Below, one piece after another: positions 44,856-52,522 of a DNA stretch of 59,761 nt. The DNA is from Solirubrobacterales bacterium (GTDB taxonomy: Bacteria; Actinomycetota; Thermoleophilia; Solirubrobacterales; 70-9). Numbering within the stretch: position 1 is the stretch's first letter; the number at the start of each line of letters is the position of its first letter. Position numbers and translations under genes: made by a program. The stretch covers positions 1-59,761 of the forward strand of contig DASSBJ010000124.1 in the NCBI GenBank assembly GCA_035698885.1. Direction: 5' to 3'. The notes below the pieces were generated by a model. The model worked only from the letters and a program-made list of their open reading frames with translations. It was not told where the DNA came from and did not search any database.

Positions 44856-45509
44856 ATGGAAGGCATGGCCGGGGAGGACTGGACGAGCGATGCGCAGAGA
44901 GTCACCAGCTATCTCGACCGAGCGGATGAGTTCCCGCACCGCGCAGAGGGCGAGGGCGTCCTGCTCGAGCATCTGCCTCGCGACGTGCGGCGCATCCTCG
45001 ACCTCGGGACGGGCGACGGACGCCTGCTTGCCCTGCTCGAGGCCGACCGTACTGAGCTGCTCGGCGTGGGCCTCGACTTCTCCGAGCTCATGCTTGGGGC
45101 TGCGCGGGCGCGCTTTACCGGCGACGATCGCGTCGAGCTGGTCAAGCACGATCTCGCTGAGCCGCTGCCCGCGCTTGGGCGCTTCGATGCCGTCGTCTCG
45201 TCAATGGCCATCCACCATCTCGAGCACGAGCGCAAGCGCTCGCTCTACGGCGAGGTGTTCGACCTGCTCAACCCCGGTGGGGTGTTCGCGAACTTCGAGC
45301 ACGTGGCGTCAGCGACCGATCGCCTGCACGCAGCGTTCTTCGCGGCGATCGGCGTGCCGCTCGAGGATGCGGATCCATCTGACCGCCTGCTCGATGTCGA
45401 GACGCAGCTCGGGTGGCTGCGCGAGCTCGGCTTCGATGACGCCGACTGCTACTGGAAGTGGCTCGAGATGGCGCTTCTGATCGGCGTCAAGCCGGCCGAG
45501 GCCCGATAG
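44856..45509 (+). CDS. Class I SAM-dependent methyltransferase
   Basis: RILDLGTGDGRLL, FDAVVSSMAIHHL and LNPGGVF. Confidence 0.8.
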   Translation: MEGMAGEDWTSDAQRVTSYLDRADEFPHRAEGEGVLLEHLPRDVRRILDLGTGDGRLLALLEADRTELLGVGLDFSELMLGAARARFTGDDRVELVKHDLAEPLPALGRFDAVVSSMAIHHLEHERKRSLYGEVFDLLNPGGVFANFEHVASATDRLHAAFFAAIGVPLEDADPSDRLLDVETQLGWLRELGFDDADCYWKWLEMALLIGVKPAEAR

Positions 45510-45638
45510 CGCATCACGCCGGATGTCATCGAGTTCTGGACAGAAGGAGCCGACCGCCTCCACGAGCGGCTGTCCTACGTGGCCAGCGCGGACGGGTGGC
45601 ATTGCTCACGCCTGGCCCCATAGGCTGACGCGGACGAA

Positions 45639-46050
45639 ATGAGCACCGACGCCAACGAAGCCGTTGTCCGGCGCTTCTACGAGGAGCTTTGGAATGAGTG
45701 GCGGTTTGGATGTCGCCGAGGAGATCGTCTCCGTCGGGCTGCGATTTCGTGGATCGCTCGGCACGACTCTTGTGGGGCGCGAGGAGTTCCAGCGCTACGT
45801 CAAGACGATCCGCAGAGCCTTCCCGGACTGGCACAACCAAATCGACGAGATTCTCGCGACGGGCGATCGTGTCGTGACGCGCATGACCTGGAACGGCACG
45901 CACCGGGGACTACTTGGCGAGATCGAGCCGACCGGCGCCCATGTGGAGTACTGCGGCGCCGCCTTCTTCCGACTCTCGGGCGGGATGATTGAGGAAGCCT
46001 GGGTAGTCGGCGATACCCAGGAGCTGTGGCGGGCGCTGGGGCGACTCTGA
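45639..46050 (+). pseudogene. SnoaL-like ester cyclase, frameshift near 45697-45700
   Basis: MSTDANEAVVRRFYEELWNE is in frame 3. GGLDVAEEIVSVGLRFRG...AFPDWHNQIDEILATGDRVVTRMTWNGTH...IEEAWVVGD is in frame 1. Confidence 0.7.
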
Positions 46051-46520
46051 TGGCGAGGGAAGTCACGAACACCGCAACCGGGGAGCGGATCGTCTTCCTT
46101 CGGACAGCAGCGGAAACCGACGGAGAGCTCTTGGAGATGGACGACTTCTGGGCTCAGGCCGACCACGGCACACCTGCGCACATACACCCCGCGATGGAGG
46201 AGCGGTGGGAGGTGATCTCCGGAAACGTCAGGTTCGAGATCGGCGCGGTCGAGCGGACTGCGGGGCCAGGCGACTCGATCGTCGCGCCGCCGGGGACGCC
46301 GCACGCCGCCCGCAACGTCGGCGCGAAGCCAGCGCATCTCCGTATCCAGATGCGACCGGCGCTGCGCTGGCAGGAGTTCGTCGAAAGGCTGTTCGCGCTC
46401 GCCGGCAGCGGTCAAGGTGATGCGCAAGGGATGTCCAACCCCGGGTCGCTCGCAGCGTTGATGCGGGAGTTCACTCGCGAGATTGCCCCAGCGCCACTGA
46501 ACTTGACCGATGCGCACTGA
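46050..46520 (+). CDS. Cupin domain protein
   Basis: The ATG overlaps the upstream TGA. PAHIHPAMEERWEVISG and GTPHAARNVG motifs. Confidence 0.75.
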   Translation: MAREVTNTATGERIVFLRTAAETDGELLEMDDFWAQADHGTPAHIHPAMEERWEVISGNVRFEIGAVERTAGPGDSIVAPPGTPHAARNVGAKPAHLRIQMRPALRWQEFVERLFALAGSGQGDAQGMSNPGSLAALMREFTREIAPAPLNLTDAH

Positions 46521-46562
46521 GCAGCTTCAAAACGTGACTGGGCATCTGGAGGCGACCTAACC

Positions 46563-46799
46563 GTGGCGGAGCAGGTACCTGCGGTCAGTGATGTGCTCGC
46601 CACGATTGAGCGCCGCGATTGGGGCCGGTTGGAACGCCTGCTTGACCCCGATGTCCATTGGACGACCGCGATAGAGGAGCACCTGCATGGGCCAGGCGAG
46701 GTGATTGCTCTTCTCGCCAGCGATCCTCCCCCGGCCCCACCGGCCTTTCACGAAGTGCGCGATGGGCTGATCGTGCGCTGGATTGATATTCCTGGCTGA
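46563..46799 (+). CDS. Small NTF2-like protein
   Basis: GTG start. RRDWGRLERLLDPDVHWTT resembles the first helix-strand of SnoaL/NTF2 folds. Short, at 78 aa. Confidence 0.5.
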   Translation: MAEQVPAVSDVLATIERRDWGRLERLLDPDVHWTTAIEEHLHGPGEVIALLASDPPPAPPAFHEVRDGLIVRWIDIPG

Positions 46800-46871
46800 G
46801 CTGAGATGCCGCCGTGTCTCGCGGCGGGCCGGCGCGGGTGGACTCAGCGCCCGCCTATGGGACGACGCTCC

Positions 46872-47090
46872 CTAGGCCGATTCGGCCTCGCCGCGCAGCC
46901 TCAACCAGAATTCGACCCAGATCCGCTCCGCCTCGATCCCCGCCCGTAGCGAGATTCGGGGGCCTTCGGGGATGCCCTCGGCGACATCGGCGGCGTTTTC
47001 CCGCAGCTCTTCGTATTCGGCGAGCTTGGCTTCGTGCGCCGGCAGGCTGACCCGGACTGCATGAACCTCTGCTGGGTACCTGCGGCGCAT
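46872..47090 (-). CDS. Hypothetical small protein
   Basis: 72-aa ORF starting 28 nt after the stop of the multi-HTH gene, on the same strand. Confidence 0.4.
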   Translation of the reverse strand: MRRRYPAEVHAVRVSLPAHEAKLAEYEELRENAADVAEGIPEGPRISLRAGIEAERIWVEFWLRLRGEAESA

Positions 47091-47118
47091 CTGGAATCCT
47101 CCTTGGTGCCGAAGGACT

Positions 47119-49002
47119 CTAGAAACAGGACTCCGTCAGGTCGGGGTAGATCAGCCGCGGATGGACGAGGCCGCGACGCAGGCTGCCGACTTGAGGGGCG
47201 AGGAGAAGCCGGGGTCTGGGGGCTCCGGACAACACCCGATGGAAGGCGCCTCCGGTCGCTAGGTGCAGGCACCTCGCCGTTGGCGGGCGGCCACCTCCAC
47301 CAAGGTTCGCGGTGCGCGGCGATAGGGGAAGATCCTCTCCGGCGTCGCGCAGGTCGCGAACGTATGGGCCGACCGAACATCGGCTCAAGTCCAAGGCTTC
47401 GGCTATCTCCGGTTCCGGGCACCCTTCCCCCCAGAGCCGGATAAGCAACTGGTCGCGTTCAGCTTTGGTCGGCGCTTCTCCCGGCAGGAACTCCGGCGGG
47501 GCGAGCGGGCGGATATGCCAGGTCGCCACGGCGGCAAACAGCTCGGAAAAGGCGACACGCAGGGCGCCGGCGAGTCGTATGGCCGTGAAGACCCTGAAGT
47601 TGCGGCTGCCGCGCTCGAAGTCGACGAGGTCGCCGCGACTCATCGAGGCGATGTCGCTGAGTGCCTGCTGGGAGAGATCGAGCCCGTACCGCGCGCGGCG
47701 CACGTTCTCTCCCAAGCGACTCAGCGCGGTCTGCGGCTCGGCTGGCATCTCCAGAACCTGGAATGCGCCGGAGGCCGCGGTCCAGACCACGCCCGCGGTG
47801 ATGAGGCTGCACCGCACGTTCAGACTGCCGGCCAGTTTGAGGATGAGGGCCAATTGGGGAACCGCCGTCCGCCCCTTCTCGATGCGGGCGATGTGGCTGA
47901 AATGGGTCTCGGTCGCCTGTTCCAGCTCACGCAGGCTGAGGCCGGCTACCGCACGCCATTTCGCGACGTTTTCGCCGATTCGCTTCGCGACCTCCTCGTT
48001 GGAGGCCTGATCGTTGCCGGCTGGCTCCGCCGGGACAGCATCGGCTGCGGGTTCGACGGGCGGCGATGACTGACACGCCATCCGACGACGACGTGCTCGT
48101 TCATGCACGGCCACGGCGCGCGTCGGCTGACGGCGATAGCTGAGGTGCTCGCTACGCTCTCTGAGCCTATGGACGGTGGCTGACACCGTTCCGGGCGAGG
48201 TCCCCAAGGCTCGGGCGATCTCCCGCGCCGTCTTGTCCTCGTTCCATAGTCGGTGGATCGCGTCGTCGCGGCTGCGACCGGGGCAACGCGCGCGGCTTCT
48301 CTGGCGCTGGAACGGCGAGGACTTCCAGGTGATCCCCTGGAGCAGGACGTCGGGCGGTACTTCCAGCGAGCGCGCTAGCTCGCATAGCGTCTTGATCGAC
48401 GTCTCCCGAACGCCCCGCTCGATCAGGGAGAGCCCGGCCTTGCTCACGCCCGAGGAGCTACCGAGCGCACGCTGGGTCAGGTGGCGCCGCTCGCGAGCGA
48501 TGCGGACGTTGGCGCCGAGGATCGCGGCGGCCTCCTGGCGCGTTGTAACGGGTTCCGGCGGCGGTGCCGGCTCGAAGACAGGGACGTTGCCGGGCACGAC
48601 GAGAAAGAAGCCGCTGAGCCGTTCGCTCGGCGGGCGCTTAGACCCGCGCGTGACCTGACCTGGGTTCCAGAAGATGCGCTCGACGAGCTGGTCGAGCGAG
48701 ACGCCCAGCGGGCCTACGAGCCTCAATGCCGTGACCAAGCGCAGGTCGTGGCCACCCTCTCCTTCCAGTCCAGAGATGGTGCTCTCGTGGAGCCCGGCCG
48801 CCTCGGCGAGTTCACCGGGCGAGAGGCCTGCGCGAAGGCGAAGCTGGCGGAGGTTGATCGAGAGCCGGTCGGCAAACGGGCTGCCGGGTCCGGTTTCGGG
48901 CAGGCAATCCTCGCACCGACTCGGCGGGTCGGCGCCCGGCTCGACGTCGAGCAGTTCGCGCCCGCACTCGACGCATCGGCCTGGCTCGAGGTGCGCCTCC
49001 AC
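47119..49002 (-). CDS. Giant multi-HTH DNA-binding protein (zinc-ribbon + 2 x [XRE-XRE-small HTH])
   Basis: CVECG...CEDC ribbon. Four XRE-like units (e.g. LRQLRLRAGLSPGELAEAAGLHESTISGLEGE and IARERRHLTQRALGSSSGVSKAGLSLIERG). Two short sigma-r4-like units (RLWNEDKTAREIARALGTSPGTVSATVHRL and RLWGEGCPEPEIAEALDLSRCSVGPYVRDL). Confidence 0.75.
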   Translation of the reverse strand: MEAHLEPGRCVECGRELLDVEPGADPPSRCEDCLPETGPGSPFADRLSINLRQLRLRAGLSPGELAEAAGLHESTISGLEGEGGHDLRLVTALRLVGPLGVSLDQLVERIFWNPGQVTRGSKRPPSERLSGFFLVVPGNVPVFEPAPPPEPVTTRQEAAAILGANVRIARERRHLTQRALGSSSGVSKAGLSLIERGVRETSIKTLCELARSLEVPPDVLLQGITWKSSPFQRQRSRARCPGRSRDDAIHRLWNEDKTAREIARALGTSPGTVSATVHRLRERSEHLSYRRQPTRAVAVHERARRRRMACQSSPPVEPAADAVPAEPAGNDQASNEEVAKRIGENVAKWRAVAGLSLRELEQATETHFSHIARIEKGRTAVPQLALILKLAGSLNVRCSLITAGVVWTAASGAFQVLEMPAEPQTALSRLGENVRRARYGLDLSQQALSDIASMSRGDLVDFERGSRNFRVFTAIRLAGALRVAFSELFAAVATWHIRPLAPPEFLPGEAPTKAERDQLLIRLWGEGCPEPEIAEALDLSRCSVGPYVRDLRDAGEDLPLSPRTANLGGGGRPPTARCLHLATGGAFHRVLSGAPRPRLLLAPQVGSLRRGLVHPRLIYPDLTESCF

Positions 49003-49168
49003 AATCGTGCCTCAAGAGGACGCCCGTGCGCGGTCGCCATTTGCAGCTCTTCGAGGGCCGGAGCAGGAAGCGGCTCCCACAGCCAGCGCGGGAGCAGCCC
49101 CTCCCTGTGGCCTGCGCTCCGACCCTCGAACAACCGCCAATGGTGGCGACCCCGCTGTGGCGTCGTAG

Positions 49169-49594
49169 CTAGCCATTGCCGGGGATGAGAAGCCCGCTTG
49201 GGTAGTCGCTCGGCGGGTTGCCGGGGTGGACGATGGCGGCGACGATCACGCCACGCTGGCCCCTGTCCTCGGCGTCCTCGCGCTCGCCAAGCTGGCCGCC
49301 CGCCAGCACGGGCGCACCCACCTGGAGGCTTGGGAGGCTCCGCTCCGCCAGCGGCTCGGGGACTTCCACCTCGCAGCTCGCCCACGTCCATAGCTGCTGG
49401 GGTCGCTAGGGATCTCGGACCGGGAACGCCATCTCAAAGAGAGCGACGACGTCTCCCTGCGGGCCGCGGGCCTGTCGCGCCTCGCCGCAGACGGTGCCCG
49501 TCACCACGAGGTGGTTGAGCCCGGGCGGTGTCGGCTCGGGGAAGGGAACGCTGCGAACGGACCCGTTCCCCGGCCGGCATCTCCACCCGCTCAT
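49169..49594 (-). pseudogene. SSB-like OB-fold protein interrupted by an in-frame TAG (49406-49408)
   Basis: LNHLVVTGTVCGEARQARGPQGDVVALFEMAFPVRDP, then the stop, then RPQQLWTWASCEVEVPEPLAERSLPSLQVGAPVLAGGQLGERED...GVIVAAIV in the same frame. The pattern resembles bacterial SSB (inference). Confidence 0.5.
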
Positions 49595-49733
49595 TGCGCC
49601 CACCGTCCTTCGGGCGCGAGTCCTCGGGGACCGAGGCAGCGCGCGGGGACTTCCGGCGTCGGAATGCCCCGCCCGCTCCCTGCGAGCGCCCCGGCCCCCG
49701 AGGATTCGCATCTCCCGCTGCGGCATCGGCGCC

Positions 49734-50051
49734 TCATCGCCGCTTCGCCTCCGCGAGCGCATAGGAGCGCGGCTTCGGCTTGGCCAGCCGCACCTTCTCC
49801 TGTTTCTCCAGGCGAACCAGACAGTTCGCCACCGCGCCCGAGGAGCGCTCGATCGCCTTGCCGATCGCGCTCGCGGTGTGTGGCGCCTCCCCCTTGTGCT
49901 GGCGCATGTGGGCGAGGACGAGCTTGTCCAGCCCTCCCGGCCCGAGGCGGCCGTTTTTCGATTTCGCTTTGGCCGTTTTTCCGGACGGCTTGCTTGCCGG
50001 GTTGCTCCGGCCATTTTTCTTCCTTTTCTCTGCTGACTGCTTCTCTTTCAT
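49734..50051 (-). CDS. Lys-rich winged-helix DNA-binding protein (mobile-element-type)
   Basis: Basic N-terminal tail, then LDKLVLAHMRQHKGEAPHTASAIGKAIERSSGAVANCLVRLEKQEKV. Confidence 0.65.
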   Translation of the reverse strand: MKEKQSAEKRKKNGRSNPASKPSGKTAKAKSKNGRLGPGGLDKLVLAHMRQHKGEAPHTASAIGKAIERSSGAVANCLVRLEKQEKVRLAKPKPRSYALAEAKRR

Positions 50052-50476
50052 GCTGCTTCGTCTCCTTGTGCTTCGTTTGCTTTCTGCTCAGAGTCGAGCC
50101 GGACCAGCAGCTCCTCGCAGACGACGACCGCGCGACGGAAGCGCTCCCAGCGCTCCTCGCCCGTTTCCTGCGGCTCGCGCTCGTGGCGCTCTTCGCAAGG
50201 GGCGCGGCGCGCGTCTCGGCGCAGGCGCTTGAGCACCGCGACGAGCCTCTCTCGTGGCATGGTCAGCTCGACGGCGTTTCGCTCGATCAGGAACCCCAGC
50301 CCAACTTCGTCGAACAGCCGCAGGTCGTCGCCGAACAGCTCGTAGAGCTGCTTGACGGTGACGCCTTCCCTCTCGGCCAGCTCGCGATCGCGCTCGGCGA
50401 GGATCGTCAGTCGCCGGAGCAGCAGCCCGTGCAGCGCTTCGCGCTCGTCGGCGACGATCGTGAGGGTCGGGGTCAT
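50048..50476 (-). CDS. Hypothetical protein, paralogue B of a tandem pair
   Basis: ATGA overlaps at both ends. Collinear similarity to the upstream ORF in four blocks (see findings). Confidence 0.6.
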   Translation of the reverse strand: MTPTLTIVADEREALHGLLLRRLTILAERDRELAEREGVTVKQLYELFGDDLRLFDEVGLGFLIERNAVELTMPRERLVAVLKRLRRDARRAPCEERHEREPQETGEERWERFRRAVVVCEELLVRLDSEQKANEAQGDEAA

Positions 50477-50874
50477 GCCCGATCGCCCGCCCGCGGGTCG
50501 AGCTCGGCCAGGACTTTCTCGCAGACGTCATAGCCCCGCTGGAAGCGCCTGTCGGTCTCGACGTCCTCGGCGCTTTCCTGTTCCCCGGAGAGAACGATGC
50601 CGGCTTCGCCGTGCAGGCGCTCCAGCACTTCCATCAGGTCGTGCGCCGGCGTCGTCAGCTCGAAGCTGTCCCGGCCCTCGTCCTCGCCCCAGCCGATGTC
50701 CTCCAGCAGCTTGAAGTCTTCGCTGAACTCCAGGCCGAGCCGGGCGGCCTTGGCGAAGTCCTTGTCGCGCTCCAGCGCGTCATAGAGGTCGCCCACGGAG
50801 CCGAGGTGGTTGCGGACCAGCTCGTAGAGCCCGTCGCGCTGGGTGCGGTTAATGGTGATCGTGGTGGCGGGCAC
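50473..50874 (-). CDS. Hypothetical protein, paralogue A of a tandem pair
   Basis: The GTG at 50874 is preceded by GAGAGGAGGGG. The upstream part of the ORF track entry is Arg/Pro-rich and overlaps a structured element. Confidence 0.6.
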   Translation of the reverse strand: MPATTITINRTQRDGLYELVRNHLGSVGDLYDALERDKDFAKAARLGLEFSEDFKLLEDIGWGEDEGRDSFELTTPAHDLMEVLERLHGEAGIVLSGEQESAEDVETDRRFQRGYDVCEKVLAELDPRAGDRA

Positions 50875-50894
50875 GGCGCCCCTCCTCTCGGTAG

Positions 50895-50979
50895 GGCACC
50901 GAAGCCGGCCCCGATGCCGCCCCGGTGGGGGCAACGGCAGTACCGTTTCCGTTGCATCGAAGTCTCTGGCTTCGGTGCC
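50895..50979. repeat. Nested inverted repeats (12-bp outer stem, 7-bp inner stem)
   Basis: The outer stem pairs 50895-50906 with 50968-50979 (GGCACCGAAGCC and GGCTTCGGTGCC). The inner stem pairs 50931-50937 with 50949-50955 (GCAACGG and CCGTTGC). Confidence 0.6.
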
Positions 50980-51074
50980 GGCCCCGGGGCGTGTCAGCGC
51001 CGCCGGGGCACTTGCTTATGTCGGTCGGCCGACCGTAGCTCCGCCGCCGCCCGAAAGCGAGGCGGAATAGTCCG

Positions 51075-51094
51075 AAATCCCCGCTAATCCCCGC
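51075..51094. repeat. Two tandem 10-bp direct repeats (A/T)AATCCCCGC
   Basis: AAATCCCCGC TAATCCCCGC, with one helical turn of spacing. Confidence 0.6.
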
Positions 51095-51105
51095 GCATCG
51101 CCGCG

Positions 51106-51129
51106 ATTCGAGGCACTAGTGCCTCGAAT
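51106..51129. repeat. Perfect 24-bp palindrome ATTCGAGGCACTAGTGCCTCGAAT
   Basis: All 12 base pairs are complementary and there is no spacer. Confidence 0.85.
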
Positions 51130-51167
51130 GGAGCGCGAAATCAGGCCCGGTTGGAAAAGACCTGGAA

Positions 51168-51202
51168 ATGCGGAAGTCCCCGCCTTGCAGGGACTTCCGC
51201 AT
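51168..51202 (-). terminator. Hairpin immediately 3' of tRNA-Ala(CGC)
   Basis: 13-bp stem ATGCGGAAGTCCC / GGGACTTCCGCAT with a 9-nt loop, starting 2 nt after the tRNA 3' end. The U tract is weak. Confidence 0.55.
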
Positions 51203-51204
51203 AG

Positions 51205-51277
51205 TGGAGCTAGCCGGACTCGAACCGGCGACCTCCTGGGTGCGATCCAGGCGCTCTTCCAACTGAGCTATAGCCCC
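51205..51277 (-). tRNA. tRNA-Ala (anticodon CGC)
   Basis: 73 nt folded manually: GGGGCTA acceptor with G3:U70, GCTC/GAGC D stem, CCTGG-ATCGCAC-CCAGG anticodon arm, GCCGG-TTCGAGT-CCGGC T arm. No encoded CCA. Confidence 0.95.
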
Positions 51278-51473
51278 GAAACCGCCGATTTGCCGGGGTT
51301 TCTACCTGGCAATCGGCGGGAACAGCGTCGCCAGTTTACTCCCGATGCGCCGCGATATGCGGCGATCTACATCGTTTCTGCCACTTCTTCAATCCGGGTG
51401 GCAGAATGGCCCGTCGGCGTCGGTGCTCGTGTCCCTCGTAGTACGGTCAGGGTCAACGCAATCCCGGGGGGTC

Positions 51474-51550
51474 CCTGACGAGGGGCTGAGAGGGCGCTGC
51501 CTAGCGCCGACCCGCCGAACCTGATCTGGGTAATGCCAGCGAAGGGAGCA
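51474..51550 (+). promoter_or_regulatory. TPP (thiamine pyrophosphate) riboswitch
   Basis: GGGGCTGAGAGGGCGC...GACCCGCCGAACCTGATCTGGGTAATGCCAGCGAAGGGA matches the THI-box core (CUGAGA ... ACCUGAUCUGGAUAAUGCCAGCG). Confidence 0.85.
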
Positions 51551-51553
51551 GAC

Positions 51554-52138
51554 ATGTCCTATAAGCACCGCACCACCTTCGCCGCCGACGCCAAGTGCCG
51601 CACGCAGCTGGGTCTGGCGCGCCGGGGCGAGATCACGCCGGAGATGCAACGGGTCGCCGAACGCGAGCGCCTGCCCGCCGAGACGGTCCGCGAGGAGGTC
51701 GCCCGCGGCCGCATGATCATCCCCGCCAACGTCCATCACGAGCGCCTGGACCCGATGGCGATCGGGCTGCGCGCGCGGGTCAAGGTCAACGCCAACATCG
51801 GCTCCTCGCCGACCAGCTCCTCGCTCGCCGAGGAGGTGGAGAAGCTGCGCCTCGCCCAGGGCTGGGGCGCCGACACGGTGATGGACCTCTCGACCGGCAA
51901 GCGGATAGTGGAGACGCGCGAGGCGATCCTCGCCGAGGCGAGCATGCCGATCGGCACGGTGCCGATCTACGAGGCGCTCGAGTCCGTGAAGGCGATCGAG
52001 GACCTGACGGCGGAGCTGCTGCTCGAGACGATCGAGCGCCAGGCCCGCCAGGGCGTCGACTACATGACGATCCACGCCGGGGTGCTCGAGCAGCACCGGC
52101 GGGTGCCGGCCGCGCGGACCGACCGACGTTTCCTCTAG
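51554..52138 (+). pseudogene. thiC: Phosphomethylpyrimidine synthase, 5' fragment only (~190 of >=430 codons)
   Basis: ThiC-like [30 protein letters not shown] and [11 protein letters not shown]. The similarity then ends and a stop follows. The GIVSRGGS motif and the C-terminal Cys motif are absent. Confidence 0.8.
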
Positions 52139-52509
52139 CGGGAGGGTCGCGTCGCTCCCTCATCCCCAACTTGCCGGAATCCGGATAGAGATTCACCTCG
52201 GGAGCGATCATCGTGCTGACCACCAGCACGCGGGCGGGTTGAGCGCAAGAGGAAGGGCAGCCGTGCCAGCCGCGGCCGCAGCAGCACCTGCCGCGTGATC
52301 GCCAGCCCGCCCGGCAGCTTCGCCGAGAGCCATGCCATCCAGCCGCCCATGCCCGGAGGGTAGTTCCGGAACCGGTCGCGCAGCTCTGGGACGACCCGCT
52401 CCCACTGGCGGTGATCCATCGCCAGTCCCGGCACGAGAACGAGGGTGGGACCGGCGCCGCCGGTGTCCTCGTAGTAGATCGTCCCCGCTCTGACCTCGAC
52501 CTGCGGCAT
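52135..52509 (-). pseudogene. Alpha/beta-hydrolase-like N-terminal fragment
   Basis: VEVRAGTIYYEDTGGAGPTLVLVPGLAMDHRQWERVVPEL is typical of the family, but no GxSxG elbow follows. Codon bias decays toward the 3' end. Confidence 0.5.
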
Positions 52510-52522
52510 CGTGCGCCTCCGC

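Noticed and set aside
49406-49408. TAG decoded as pyrrolysine or by programmed read-through
   Set aside because: No pyl genes or read-through context are present, and the lineage is not known for amber recoding. It is treated as a nonsense mutation.
46800-51204. Partial duplicate of the tRNA-Ala(CGC) 3' end as attL/attR of an integrated element
   Set aside because: Only a trivial GGACTC match near 46840 was seen. No convincing repeat of the tRNA 3' half was found by eye.
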